Shown: positions 1 through 7,283 of the stretch, in pieces
Numbering within the stretch: the first letter of the stretch is position 1
How the letters are laid out: every line of letters starts with the position of its first letter
DNA from: a virus
Lineage: Duplodnaviria; Caudoviricetes
DNA length: 33,326 bases
IMG/VR virus record: IMGVR_UViG_3300031836_000395
Span: 1-33,326 of that record
Strand: one strand, 5' to 3'
Translations under genes and position numbers: made by a program
The notes under the pieces: model-generated
What the model saw: the letters and a program-made list of their open reading frames with translations, nothing else
The model's database searches: none
Told to the model about the DNA's origin: nothing

Positions 1-33
1 GTGAACTACCTGGCAAGGGTTTACATTCTGCCT

Positions 34-876
34 ATGGCTCGCCCTGTACCCGGGGCGTGGGGGGCGACGTTAGCTAACTGGACTGCGCACCTTCGCGCCG
101 CCGGTCATCCCTCCACCACAATCCGCACGCGCCTTGATCATCTATCGCGCCTTGCCCGGGTATCCGGTGTCGAGGATCCGTGGGCGATCACCACCAACGA
201 CCTGATCTCCTGGACCGGGCAACAGGAATGGGCGGCCGAGACACGGCGGAGCGTCCGCAACAGCCTGCTCGCGTTCTACCGCTGGGGCATCATCGCCGGC
301 CACCTCGAGCACTCCCCCGCCGAAGCACTGCCCCGGGTGAAAGCATCCGAACCCCACCCACGACCCGTGCCCTACGGCATCTACCTCGAGGCACTCGCCG
401 CGTCCGATGCACGCACCACACTGATCCTGCGCACCGCAGCTGAGGCCGGGCTACGGCGCACTGAGATCTCCAAGATCCACGAACGCGACCTCATCCCCGA
501 CCTCGCCGGCTACTCACTGAACGTGCACGGCAAAGGCGGCAAACAACGCATCGTGCCACTGAACGACTCGCTCGCCCGCACCATCCGCGAAGCCTGCCTC
601 GCAGGCCGCGGCTTCGCGTTCCCCGGCGACCGCGACGGACACCTCTCCGCCGAGTACATCGGCAAACTCGCCGCCCGTGCCCTGCCCGGCGACTGGACGC
701 TGCACAAGCTGCGCCACTCCTTCGCGACCGACCTCCTCGGGCTCGGCACCGACCTACTCACCATTCAACAACTGCTCGGGCACGCATCCGTGGCCACCAC
801 CCAGCGATACACACTGCCCCCCGACCACGCCAAACGCGCCGCCGTTGTCGCGCTCAGCGAGAGACGGATCGCGTAG
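34..876 (+). CDS. int: Tyrosine integrase, short arm-less type (Brujita/BPs-like)
   Basis: Catalytic motifs GLRRTE (R), GKGGK (K), HKLRH (HxxR), LGH, TQRY (Y). About 280 aa with no room for an N-terminal arm-binding domain. ORF is open from GTG at 1; ATG at 34 preferred because TACATT (22-27) lies 6 nt upstream, suggesting a leaderless start. Confidence 0.93.
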   Translation: MARPVPGAWGATLANWTAHLRAAGHPSTTIRTRLDHLSRLARVSGVEDPWAITTNDLISWTGQQEWAAETRRSVRNSLLAFYRWGIIAGHLEHSPAEALPRVKASEPHPRPVPYGIYLEALAASDARTTLILRTAAEAGLRRTEISKIHERDLIPDLAGYSLNVHGKGGKQRIVPLNDSLARTIREACLAGRGFAFPGDRDGHLSAEYIGKLAARALPGDWTLHKLRHSFATDLLGLGTDLLTIQQLLGHASVATTQRYTLPPDHAKRAAVVALSERRIA

Positions 877-881
877 AGACC

Positions 882-1169
882 ATGCCCACCATCGAAGAGA
901 CGACCATCGTCCTGCACCTCGACGAGATCGTGAGTGCTGCAGTCGACGACGCCATGTCGGACCACGACATCGACGACATAAACGACGACGCGTACCTCGC
1001 ACTCATCGACGCCGCCCACACCGTCGCGAGCGCGGCCATCACCGGGGCGTCGCTCGAGATGGACCGAGCACTACGCGGAGGCAACCCGCCGAGTGCCGGA
1101 CACCGCGCCTCAGCAGCATTCGTGCGCGGCGCAGCCTACGCCGGGGCGGTACTACACCTCACCCGCTAG
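882..1169 (+). CDS. Small acidic hypothetical protein, probably co-transcribed with int
   Basis: 95-aa ORF starting 5 nt after the int stop; plausible composition. Confidence 0.65.
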   Translation: MPTIEETTIVLHLDEIVSAAVDDAMSDHDIDDINDDAYLALIDAAHTVASAAITGASLEMDRALRGGNPPSAGHRASAAFVRGAAYAGAVLHLTR

Positions 1170-1176
1170 TCGAGAC

Positions 1177-1527
1177 TCAGCACTGCGGGTCGTAGATCTC
1201 CTGCAGGACAGCGTCGATTGTTCCCTCAGACCATGCAGTGCCGCACCCAAGGAACGCGCGCGTCTGCGCGTCCTCTCGCGACAGGATCAACTCAGGGTCT
1301 GGGTTCTGCTCGAGGTACAAGTCGTAGGCGTCAGTCTCGTCGGCCGGCTCTGCGGAGTTGGCCGGATCCGACGACGGTGTGGCCGTGACGGTGACGTGGA
1401 TAGCTGGGGCTGCGTCCGCGGTAACGGTCACGGCTGGAGCAGCACCACTCGAACCTCCACAACCAACCAGGGCCAGTGCGGAGGCAAATACTAGTGCTGC
1501 AGGTATCAACGAGTGGCGAGTGTTCAT
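1177..1527 (-). CDS. Putative lipoprotein (moron-like)
   Basis: From ATG 1527: MNTRHSLIPAALVFASALALVGC, a signal peptide with lipobox LVGC, followed by an Ala/Pro/Thr-rich linker and an acidic domain. Confidence 0.8.
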   Translation of the reverse strand: MNTRHSLIPAALVFASALALVGCGGSSGAAPAVTVTADAAPAIHVTVTATPSSDPANSAEPADETDAYDLYLEQNPDPELILSREDAQTRAFLGCGTAWSEGTIDAVLQEIYDPQC

Positions 1528-1534
1528 GATCACC

Positions 1535-1540
1535 AGGCTA
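1535..1540 (-). promoter_or_regulatory. Candidate -10 box (TAGCCT) for a leaderless lipoprotein mRNA
   Basis: TANNNT hexamer 7 nt upstream of ATG 1527, no strong SD, just downstream of the late terminator; no clear -35. Confidence 0.45.
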
Positions 1541-1575
1541 TCGCGCAGTGGTGACGTTGGCGCAGGCACGCCAGA

Positions 1576-1620
1576 GAGCCCCGCCCTGTTCCTGTGAGGG
1601 TCAGGAACAGAGCGGGGCTC
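1576..1620 (-). terminator. Long hairpin ending the late/lysis operon
   Basis: GAGCCCCGCcCTGTTCCTG-N7-CAGGAACAGaGCGGGGCTC, a 19-bp stem; the single mismatch is a G-U pair in the minus-strand RNA; 20 nt after the holin stop. Confidence 0.8.
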
Positions 1621-1640
1621 GGCTTTGGGGTGACGCGTGT

Positions 1641-2006
1641 CTAGTGGATGTCGGACTCCGCAACGAGTTCAGCGGGATTGGTCACGCCATCGCCCTCATC
1701 GGATACCGTGGTCGCGCCCTGGCTGGTGGTCAGCACCGGGGTCGGCTCATAGGTTGGGGTCTGGTTCGATCCCAGTACGAGGCGAGTCAGCCATGCCGGC
1801 AGGCGTGGCTCCACCTTGCGCCAGATTGCATACCAGCCGAGGATCACCACAGCGGTGATGGCCGCGATGATGCCTTGATTGTCGGACAGGTCGTTGACCG
1901 CGTCCGGCGCTGCAGGCCACCAGATGAGCAGTTGCGTGATGACTGCACCCCAGATGAACGGAATCACCGTGCGGAGATAGGCCGCACCCTTGTCACCAAT
2001 GGTCAT
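1641..2006 (-). CDS. Holin
   Basis: Two hydrophobic helices, YLRTVIP...WYAIWRKVE...WLTRLVLG pattern typical of actinophage holins; directly follows the endolysin. Confidence 0.75.
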   Translation of the reverse strand: MTIGDKGAAYLRTVIPFIWGAVITQLLIWWPAAPDAVNDLSDNQGIIAAITAVVILGWYAIWRKVEPRLPAWLTRLVLGSNQTPTYEPTPVLTTSQGATTVSDEGDGVTNPAELVAESDIH

Positions 2007-2013
2007 GTCACTC

Positions 2014-2790
2014 CTAGTTCCAGGTCAGGGCGTCTGCCCCGGCGTTGATGATGGTCGCCTCAGTTGCGGCGGACTCGACCCACACCTCAGCACGTAGACG
2101 CTGCGTAGGAGTCAGGCCAGTGATGGCACCGAAGCGCAGGAACGTGGATCCCTCGGTGCCGATGTACTCGGTGAGGGTGCGCTGCAGAGTAGTGACACGT
2201 GTCGTCTTGCCGGACTTCACGTCAACAATGTAGAAGCGGCCCTGGATCTGGACGCCCACGGGGACGTCGCGCACCTGGACCCACACATTCGCGGTCAGAT
2301 CTTCGTTACCAATGGCGACGGAGATGTCGCCCTTGTCATTGAGCTTCACGGTCGTCCACTTACCGGCCGTGAGTGGCTGGTCCTTGGATCGACCGAACCA
2401 GTTGCGTCCACGCATGTCGTCCTCCTTGGGTTTGGGCTTGCTGGGGTCTTGATCGGCGTGGTATTCGAAGTGCCAGTCCTCGTTGGGAATGGGGAACCAG
2501 CCGAACTTGGGGCCGTGCACGAACATCCAGCCACGGGGTGTGGTGGTGTCCTCGACGTTGCCGGGCAGGTCGATCGCTAGGCCGACGGTGTGCTTGGAGT
2601 CTTCGGGCGGGAGTGCGAAATTGAACCCGGGAACTCCTGCAAGATATTGGTTACGTAGGAAGTTTTGCCAAACAGGGTCGCGCCATGCACTTGTGATGCC
2701 GGGTGGTAGTCCTGCGGCGCCGGCGCGGTTGTATGACATCCCTGCATCGGTGCGCAGTTGCTTGCCGCCAGCCAGTGTGAGTAGAAGCAT
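2014..2790 (-). CDS. Endolysin: M15-family Zn peptidase plus C-terminal domain
   Basis: SKHTVGLAID (SxHxxGxAxD) and NEDWHFEY (ExWH) motifs; SD GGAGG before ATG 2790; PSKPKPKEDDM linker. Confidence 0.88.
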   Translation of the reverse strand: MLLLTLAGGKQLRTDAGMSYNRAGAAGLPPGITSAWRDPVWQNFLRNQYLAGVPGFNFALPPEDSKHTVGLAIDLPGNVEDTTTPRGWMFVHGPKFGWFPIPNEDWHFEYHADQDPSKPKPKEDDMRGRNWFGRSKDQPLTAGKWTTVKLNDKGDISVAIGNEDLTANVWVQVRDVPVGVQIQGRFYIVDVKSGKTTRVTTLQRTLTEYIGTEGSTFLRFGAITGLTPTQRLRAEVWVESAATEATIINAGADALTWN

Positions 2791-2873
2791 GTGTCCTCCA
2801 AGGCATGGGTAGTGGCCCGACCGTGGATTGCGGTTCGGGTGGTGAGTGGTGACCGCGAGTGCGGTGTGTCTGA

Positions 2874-3194
2874 CTAGTGAGTGTCGTCGTCTGCGTCGCC
2901 GACGCGGGAGCGCCAGCGATGGGTCAGGAGTAGCCAGTTGTGTTGCGTGAGGAAGAGGTTCACGAGGACGAGGGCACCGACCCATGGCCACGGTCCGAGT
3001 GGGCCGATGGTGATGGAGAGCACCAGGAGTGTAAAGGTCACGGCGATGGCGACAATCAATCCCATGAGGTGGCGTCCCATGGGGTAGTGGCGCCAGGTGC
3101 CGCCGGTCTTGTATTGGTAGCCGGCGATGAACACCACACAGTTCAGTAGTCCCCATACTGATACGGCCAGCCAGAATGCTTGGGCTAGTGCCAT
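2874..3194 (-). CDS. Three-TM membrane protein of the lysis cassette (putative holin-like)
   Basis: Three hydrophobic segments, WRHYPMGRHLM motif, upstream of the endolysin. Confidence 0.7.
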   Translation of the reverse strand: MALAQAFWLAVSVWGLLNCVVFIAGYQYKTGGTWRHYPMGRHLMGLIVAIAVTFTLLVLSITIGPLGPWPWVGALVLVNLFLTQHNWLLLTHRWRSRVGDADDDTH

Positions 3195-3388
3195 CTTTGG
3201 TCGTCTCCCCTCAGGTTGAGTGCTCGCTCCACGCCTTCACGGAAGTGGTTTTCTTCAACCACCCTGTTGAGTTGGTGTGCTTGGGCAGTCGCCACGGCGC
3301 GCAGGAACCGGGCGTCGGCGAGGCTTCCCCTCGCATCGGCCAGTGCGCGGGTGGCGGCTTCGCGTGAGGCACGTAGGCGGGCAATCAT
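3185..3388 (-). CDS. Small helical lysis-cassette protein
   Basis: 67 aa with NHFREGVERAL near the C-terminus, a pattern common in actinophage lysis cassettes; overlaps both neighbours. Confidence 0.65.
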   Translation of the reverse strand: MIARLRASREAATRALADARGSLADARFLRAVATAQAHQLNRVVEENHFREGVERALNLRGDDQRWH

Positions 3389-3654
3389 CCGTCCTCACCT
3401 TCCTCGCGGTCACGCTGAATAGACTTCAGTAAGTGAATGGTGGTCGAGCCGATCGCTTGATACTCGAGCAGCGCGGCCCGAAGCTCGGCGTTCGTCTCAC
3501 GTTCGGCAGCCAGTGCTCTGCGGTCCATTTCTACCGTGCGGCCAGGTACTAGTTTGCCCATGTAGACCAGGCGAAAGACGTACAGCACCACTGCGGCGGT
3601 CACAGCCCACGCCGAGGCGTCTGAGATAAAGGTCAGAGTTAGGCCGTCAAACAT
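3385..3654 (-). CDS. Single-TM membrane protein of the lysis cassette
   Basis: N-terminal TM helix, GKLVPGR motif, coiled-coil-like tail. Confidence 0.7.
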   Translation of the reverse strand: MFDGLTLTFISDASAWAVTAAVVLYVFRLVYMGKLVPGRTVEMDRRALAAERETNAELRAALLEYQAIGSTTIHLLKSIQRDREEGEDG

Positions 3655-3657
3655 GTG

Positions 3658-4347
3658 CTACCCCACACGGGCAATCGAGAACGTGTTGAACGACGACGAC
3701 GCTAAGGTGGTGATCGCTCCGCCCGAGTTTTGATAAGCGGACAACGAGAGTTGATCACCTGCGCTCAGTAGCACGTTCGTTGCGGGGAGGACGCATTGCA
3801 CGAGTTGACCGGAGTTGGCCGGCGCCAGTCCCGATGCGTGCTGTGCTGCGTTAACGTTGAGCTGAGCTTCGCGGCGACCGGCGCCATTGACATTGAACGT
3901 GACGCAACCCGATATTGCGTAGACGCCCGCGCTTGGCACCTGAAAGACCCCTACGCCAAGGTAGGCAATGCCTGCGGGGTTGCCGTCACCTGAGCCCGAC
4001 GTCCAGCTAGAGAGAACGGTTGGAGCACCCGAAGGTATTGATGTTGCCACGTTCCGGTACACGAATCGGCTGAGTGGTGTGTCCTCGAACGTGTACCAGT
4101 CGGTGCCGTTGATGGTGCGCTGAAGTTCTTTGCCCGCAGCCTGGGCTTTGTTGTGCACATACAGCGGGCGGTCCGCAGTAACGGCATAGCCAGCAACACT
4201 AAGCGCGTCTACACGGGCTTGGCGGTCCGTGTCGTCAATAACGTGCACGATGTCGTTCACGGACATCATCATGTCGAGGAACGTTTGTCGGCTAGGTGAC
4301 TGACCAATCGGGGGTGGTACGACGTGGCCGCGCAGATTAGTTGCCAT
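3658..4347 (-). CDS. Minor tail / receptor-binding protein with C1q/TNF-like C-terminal domain
   Basis: Start at ATG 4347 (SD GGAG); last tail gene; beta-rich C-terminus GVFQVPSAGVYAISGCVTF...GDQLSLSAYQ. Confidence 0.65.
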   Translation of the reverse strand: MATNLRGHVVPPPIGQSPSRQTFLDMMMSVNDIVHVIDDTDRQARVDALSVAGYAVTADRPLYVHNKAQAAGKELQRTINGTDWYTFEDTPLSRFVYRNVATSIPSGAPTVLSSWTSGSGDGNPAGIAYLGVGVFQVPSAGVYAISGCVTFNVNGAGRREAQLNVNAAQHASGLAPANSGQLVQCVLPATNVLLSAGDQLSLSAYQNSGGAITTLASSSFNTFSIARVG

Positions 4348-4366
4348 GATTGCTCCCTTGAGGTGG

Positions 4367-5407
4367 TTAGGCAGGACAGGTGTAAGTGATTTTGAGTGCC
4401 ATACCGTCAGCTGCAGAAGTACCGCGCACAGCGTTGTACCCCAAGCCGGTGAGCACCAGGCCCTTGACAGAGCCCGAGAGGAAAGCAGATCGCACCGTCG
4501 ACGGGAGTGAGACCCATACGGCACTAGATTTGCCCGGCGAGCCCGTCGCGGTGTCTCCAGAGCTAGACGGTGAACCGGCAGGGCGCGAGCCATGCGGTGA
4601 GCCCTTGACGGTGATGGACGGATACGACGCAAGTGACAGACCAGCACCGCGCAGTAGAACCTCAATTGAACCGATCGACGTTGCGCCGAGATTCTTCACC
4701 TGGTTGCCGTAACACGCGAGCCCGATGAAGGGACCTTCAGACGACCACGGTGGGCTGGCCCCCTGATACAGCGTCGAACGACCACCGTAGCGAGTAGTGT
4801 TCCACCGATCCCACGCGCCGCGATCGTCACGGTAGGTTCCGGTCGACGACGGCAGAATTGTGGTGCTCACCGTCTCGAACTCAGCAGGCGGCGACGGCGG
4901 TGGGACGGGGGCGGGGTCGTCCAGGGCCGGGGCAGGTGGCGGCGGCGGGACGTTGCAAGGCCCAAGGATCAGGGTCGGCTGCCCACCAAACTGTGGTTCG
5001 CGCAGAACATACACCTCGTTGCCGACCGCGAAGGTCGTCAACGGAATGTACGGCAGAACAAAACTGCCACCCACCACCGTGACGGTAGCTCGATTGTTAC
5101 CGGCATCGACCGCGGTGATCTTACCCACCACACTCATGGGCGCCGACCGCGTCGGCCCCAAACACATCACCGAACGGCCACCATCAAACGGGTTACGCAT
5201 CACATAGACCGTCTGACCCACCGTGTACACACCATCAATGAACGACATGCGCGTGCCCGACGAGCCGTTGACGGCCACCACGACACGGTTCTGAGCGGTA
5301 TCGATCGACACCAGGACTCCCACGGCGAGAAATGCCGGGTCGTCGCCGGGCATCAAGCCGCGCGGATCCAGCACCCCTGCACGAGCAAACTCGATCGGGT
5401 CGGTCAC
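4367..5407 (-). CDS. Minor tail protein
   Basis: Position after the hub gene; two repeated short beta domains, poly-Pro linker, Ser/Gly-rich C-terminal domain. Confidence 0.7.
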   Translation of the reverse strand: MTDPIEFARAGVLDPRGLMPGDDPAFLAVGVLVSIDTAQNRVVVAVNGSSGTRMSFIDGVYTVGQTVYVMRNPFDGGRSVMCLGPTRSAPMSVVGKITAVDAGNNRATVTVVGGSFVLPYIPLTTFAVGNEVYVLREPQFGGQPTLILGPCNVPPPPPAPALDDPAPVPPPSPPAEFETVSTTILPSSTGTYRDDRGAWDRWNTTRYGGRSTLYQGASPPWSSEGPFIGLACYGNQVKNLGATSIGSIEVLLRGAGLSLASYPSITVKGSPHGSRPAGSPSSSGDTATGSPGKSSAVWVSLPSTVRSAFLSGSVKGLVLTGLGYNAVRGTSAADGMALKITYTCPA

Positions 5408-6492
5408 AGTATCCCCACATCCAAAATGGACGAACCGTCACGCGTAGTCAGCGGGTGCTGTGCCGCGATGACGTAACCCACCTCCCACTGGCTTTCGAAT
5501 AGGAGTTCCACAGCATCGCCGATCTGCGCGCGCGGATCCGGTGCGATCTCAACGCGCAACACCCGTGCAGGGCGCAGCGACTCATCAAGGATCTTCTGCC
5601 CCGCCGCGAGCGCCTGAGCGCGGGTGGTGACAAACGGTGAGGACCAGATGCGTGACTTGGTCCGGTACCCCTGTGGGTCCACAGCGAAAGGGCCAGTGGT
5701 CTTGTCAACGATCGCGAGGACGGGGTTTTGCCCGATGCCGTCGGTGTCGGTGGCACGAACGATGACACGGTTGTAAATGCCGTCGCGAGAGCCTTGGGAC
5801 GGGACCGTAATAATAGTGCCCCGATCGCCGTCGCGGTAAGACAGCACGGGGTCAGGGACGGGGGCCAGTGGCGGCTCGAGGCGCAGTTGGCCGTATCCGT
5901 CCGCGAAGATGCGCGCCGGGATCCCGTCCGCGAGATCCTGCTTGGCTTTGAGCCGGTCGTCCGTGAACTCGAGAGTTCGGGGCACAGCCCGGTCAGTGAT
6001 CGCTTCGGAAACCTCGAGCCCCATTCCAGCCGGCAGAAGCCTGCGCAGCTCCGAGATGAACGTGCCACCATCACGGGGAGCAAGAGGCGCTGGGATCTGA
6101 TCGTCTGCTATCAAACCGAACATGCCCTGAGTCGACAACGCAATCTCACCGGGCGTGCCTTCGGTCCAGTCTTGAATCTGGAAGCGACCCAAGCGCGTGA
6201 GGTACTCCTCGCCCGTCACCACCGAGGTCACGACGATCGAGACCACCAGCTCTTGACCATGTGCCGCGAGAGGGTGATCCGGGTTAGTACCCGGCTTCCA
6301 GTCGAAGCCCTGATTCCAGCGAGGCACCGTGATTTCGACGCTGTCGGGCACCGGCTGCGACTCATCCTCGCTACATGTTCCGCCCGTGATCGGCACGTCG
6401 TCTGCCAGTAGTTCGCCACCACGCCACGACGACACCCTGGGGTGCCACTGCAACACACCCTCGTACAGCGCGGAAGGCGCACCATCACGCAC
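5404..6492 (-). CDS. Minor tail protein (baseplate hub/Tal-like)
   Basis: Second gene after the TMP; SRDGIYNRVIV and PDPRAQIGDAV motifs typical of siphovirus hub proteins. Confidence 0.72.
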   Translation of the reverse strand: MRDGAPSALYEGVLQWHPRVSSWRGGELLADDVPITGGTCSEDESQPVPDSVEITVPRWNQGFDWKPGTNPDHPLAAHGQELVVSIVVTSVVTGEEYLTRLGRFQIQDWTEGTPGEIALSTQGMFGLIADDQIPAPLAPRDGGTFISELRRLLPAGMGLEVSEAITDRAVPRTLEFTDDRLKAKQDLADGIPARIFADGYGQLRLEPPLAPVPDPVLSYRDGDRGTIITVPSQGSRDGIYNRVIVRATDTDGIGQNPVLAIVDKTTGPFAVDPQGYRTKSRIWSSPFVTTRAQALAAGQKILDESLRPARVLRVEIAPDPRAQIGDAVELLFESQWEVGYVIAAQHPLTTRDGSSILDVGIL

Positions 6493-6495
6493 GGG

Positions 6496-7281
6496 CTACA
6501 CACCCCAGTCGTGCTTGTCGAAATCATCCCAATCGAACCCCGACCATGCCGCATCGAAGTCATCCCAATCAGACAACACATAAGCTGCATCGAAGTCGTC
6601 CCAGTCGAACGCCGCGAGCGCGGTGCCGGGCTCTGGGTCGCCGATGACTTGGGCGTCCAGGGTGAAGAGGCGCAGTGTGCCCACAGCGCCGATGAGGCGA
6701 CTCTTGTCGCTGTACACGATGAGGAGTTCCACAGGTGGAATGTCACGAAGGCCTACCGTGTTGCGGCGAACCAACGGGTGCCCTGTGGCGAGCAGCGCCT
6801 TCATGGCGTCCGAGTGGGTGCCGTCTGCCTCGACACCTAACTCCATCTGCGGAGTGAGTGGCACGTCGATTCGGAACACTGGATCTGAGCGGCGTGAGAT
6901 CGTGAACTTCGAGGCCCGGTGTTCGGACTCCCGAGGGTCGGTGGGGTCGGTGACCTCGACGACGGCGAGAGTCTTGCCGTCGAGCGACTGCACGACGGTC
7001 GTCGCGGTGAACACCAACTCGATGGGGGCCGCCTGATACACGACGCCGTCAACGGTCACGGTGTACACCAGTGGACCGTTGAAGGGTGCCCGATTATCGG
7101 TGAGGACTAACTGGTTGCCGTCCGAGACGTTAATACCGCCCGGGACAGGCCACCGGTAGTTTCCATAGGACCCTTGTACCGTGTATTCCTGACCGGTCGC
7201 GAGGCCCGTCACGACAATCTGGATAGGTGCTGGTGCGCCCCCTGCGGCGCTCAGAAGCGACGTGGTGATGATGATAGCCAC
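6496..7281 (-). CDS. Minor tail protein (distal tail/Dit-like)
   Basis: First gene after the TMP; C-terminal DWDDFD repeats. Confidence 0.7.
   Translation of the reverse strand: MAIIITTSLLSAAGGAPAPIQIVVTGLATGQEYTVQGSYGNYRWPVPGGINVSDGNQLVLTDNRAPFNGPLVYTVTVDGVVYQAAPIELVFTATTVVQSLDGKTLAVVEVTDPTDPRESEHRASKFTISRRSDPVFRIDVPLTPQMELGVEADGTHSDAMKALLATGHPLVRRNTVGLRDIPPVELLIVYSDKSRLIGAVGTLRLFTLDAQVIGDPEPGTALAAFDWDDFDAAYVLSDWDDFDAAWSGFDWDDFDKHDWGV
6517..6606 (-). repeat. Three coding repeats with 36-nt period (DWDDFD)
   Basis: Copies at 6517-6534, 6553-6570 and 6589-6606. Confidence 0.85.
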
Positions 7282-7283
7282 GG

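Noticed and set aside
2791-3156. Long N-terminal extensions given by the ORF track (endolysin here; also 3658-4665, 11570-12049, 11871-12509, 23678-24505, 31413-32648, 32961 start)
   Set aside because: They overlap upstream genes or promoters; downstream ATGs have SDs or stop/start coupling.
3658-5407. Diversity-generating retroelement or invertible tail-fibre system
   Set aside because: No reverse transcriptase, TR/VR pair, invertase or flanking inverted repeats seen.
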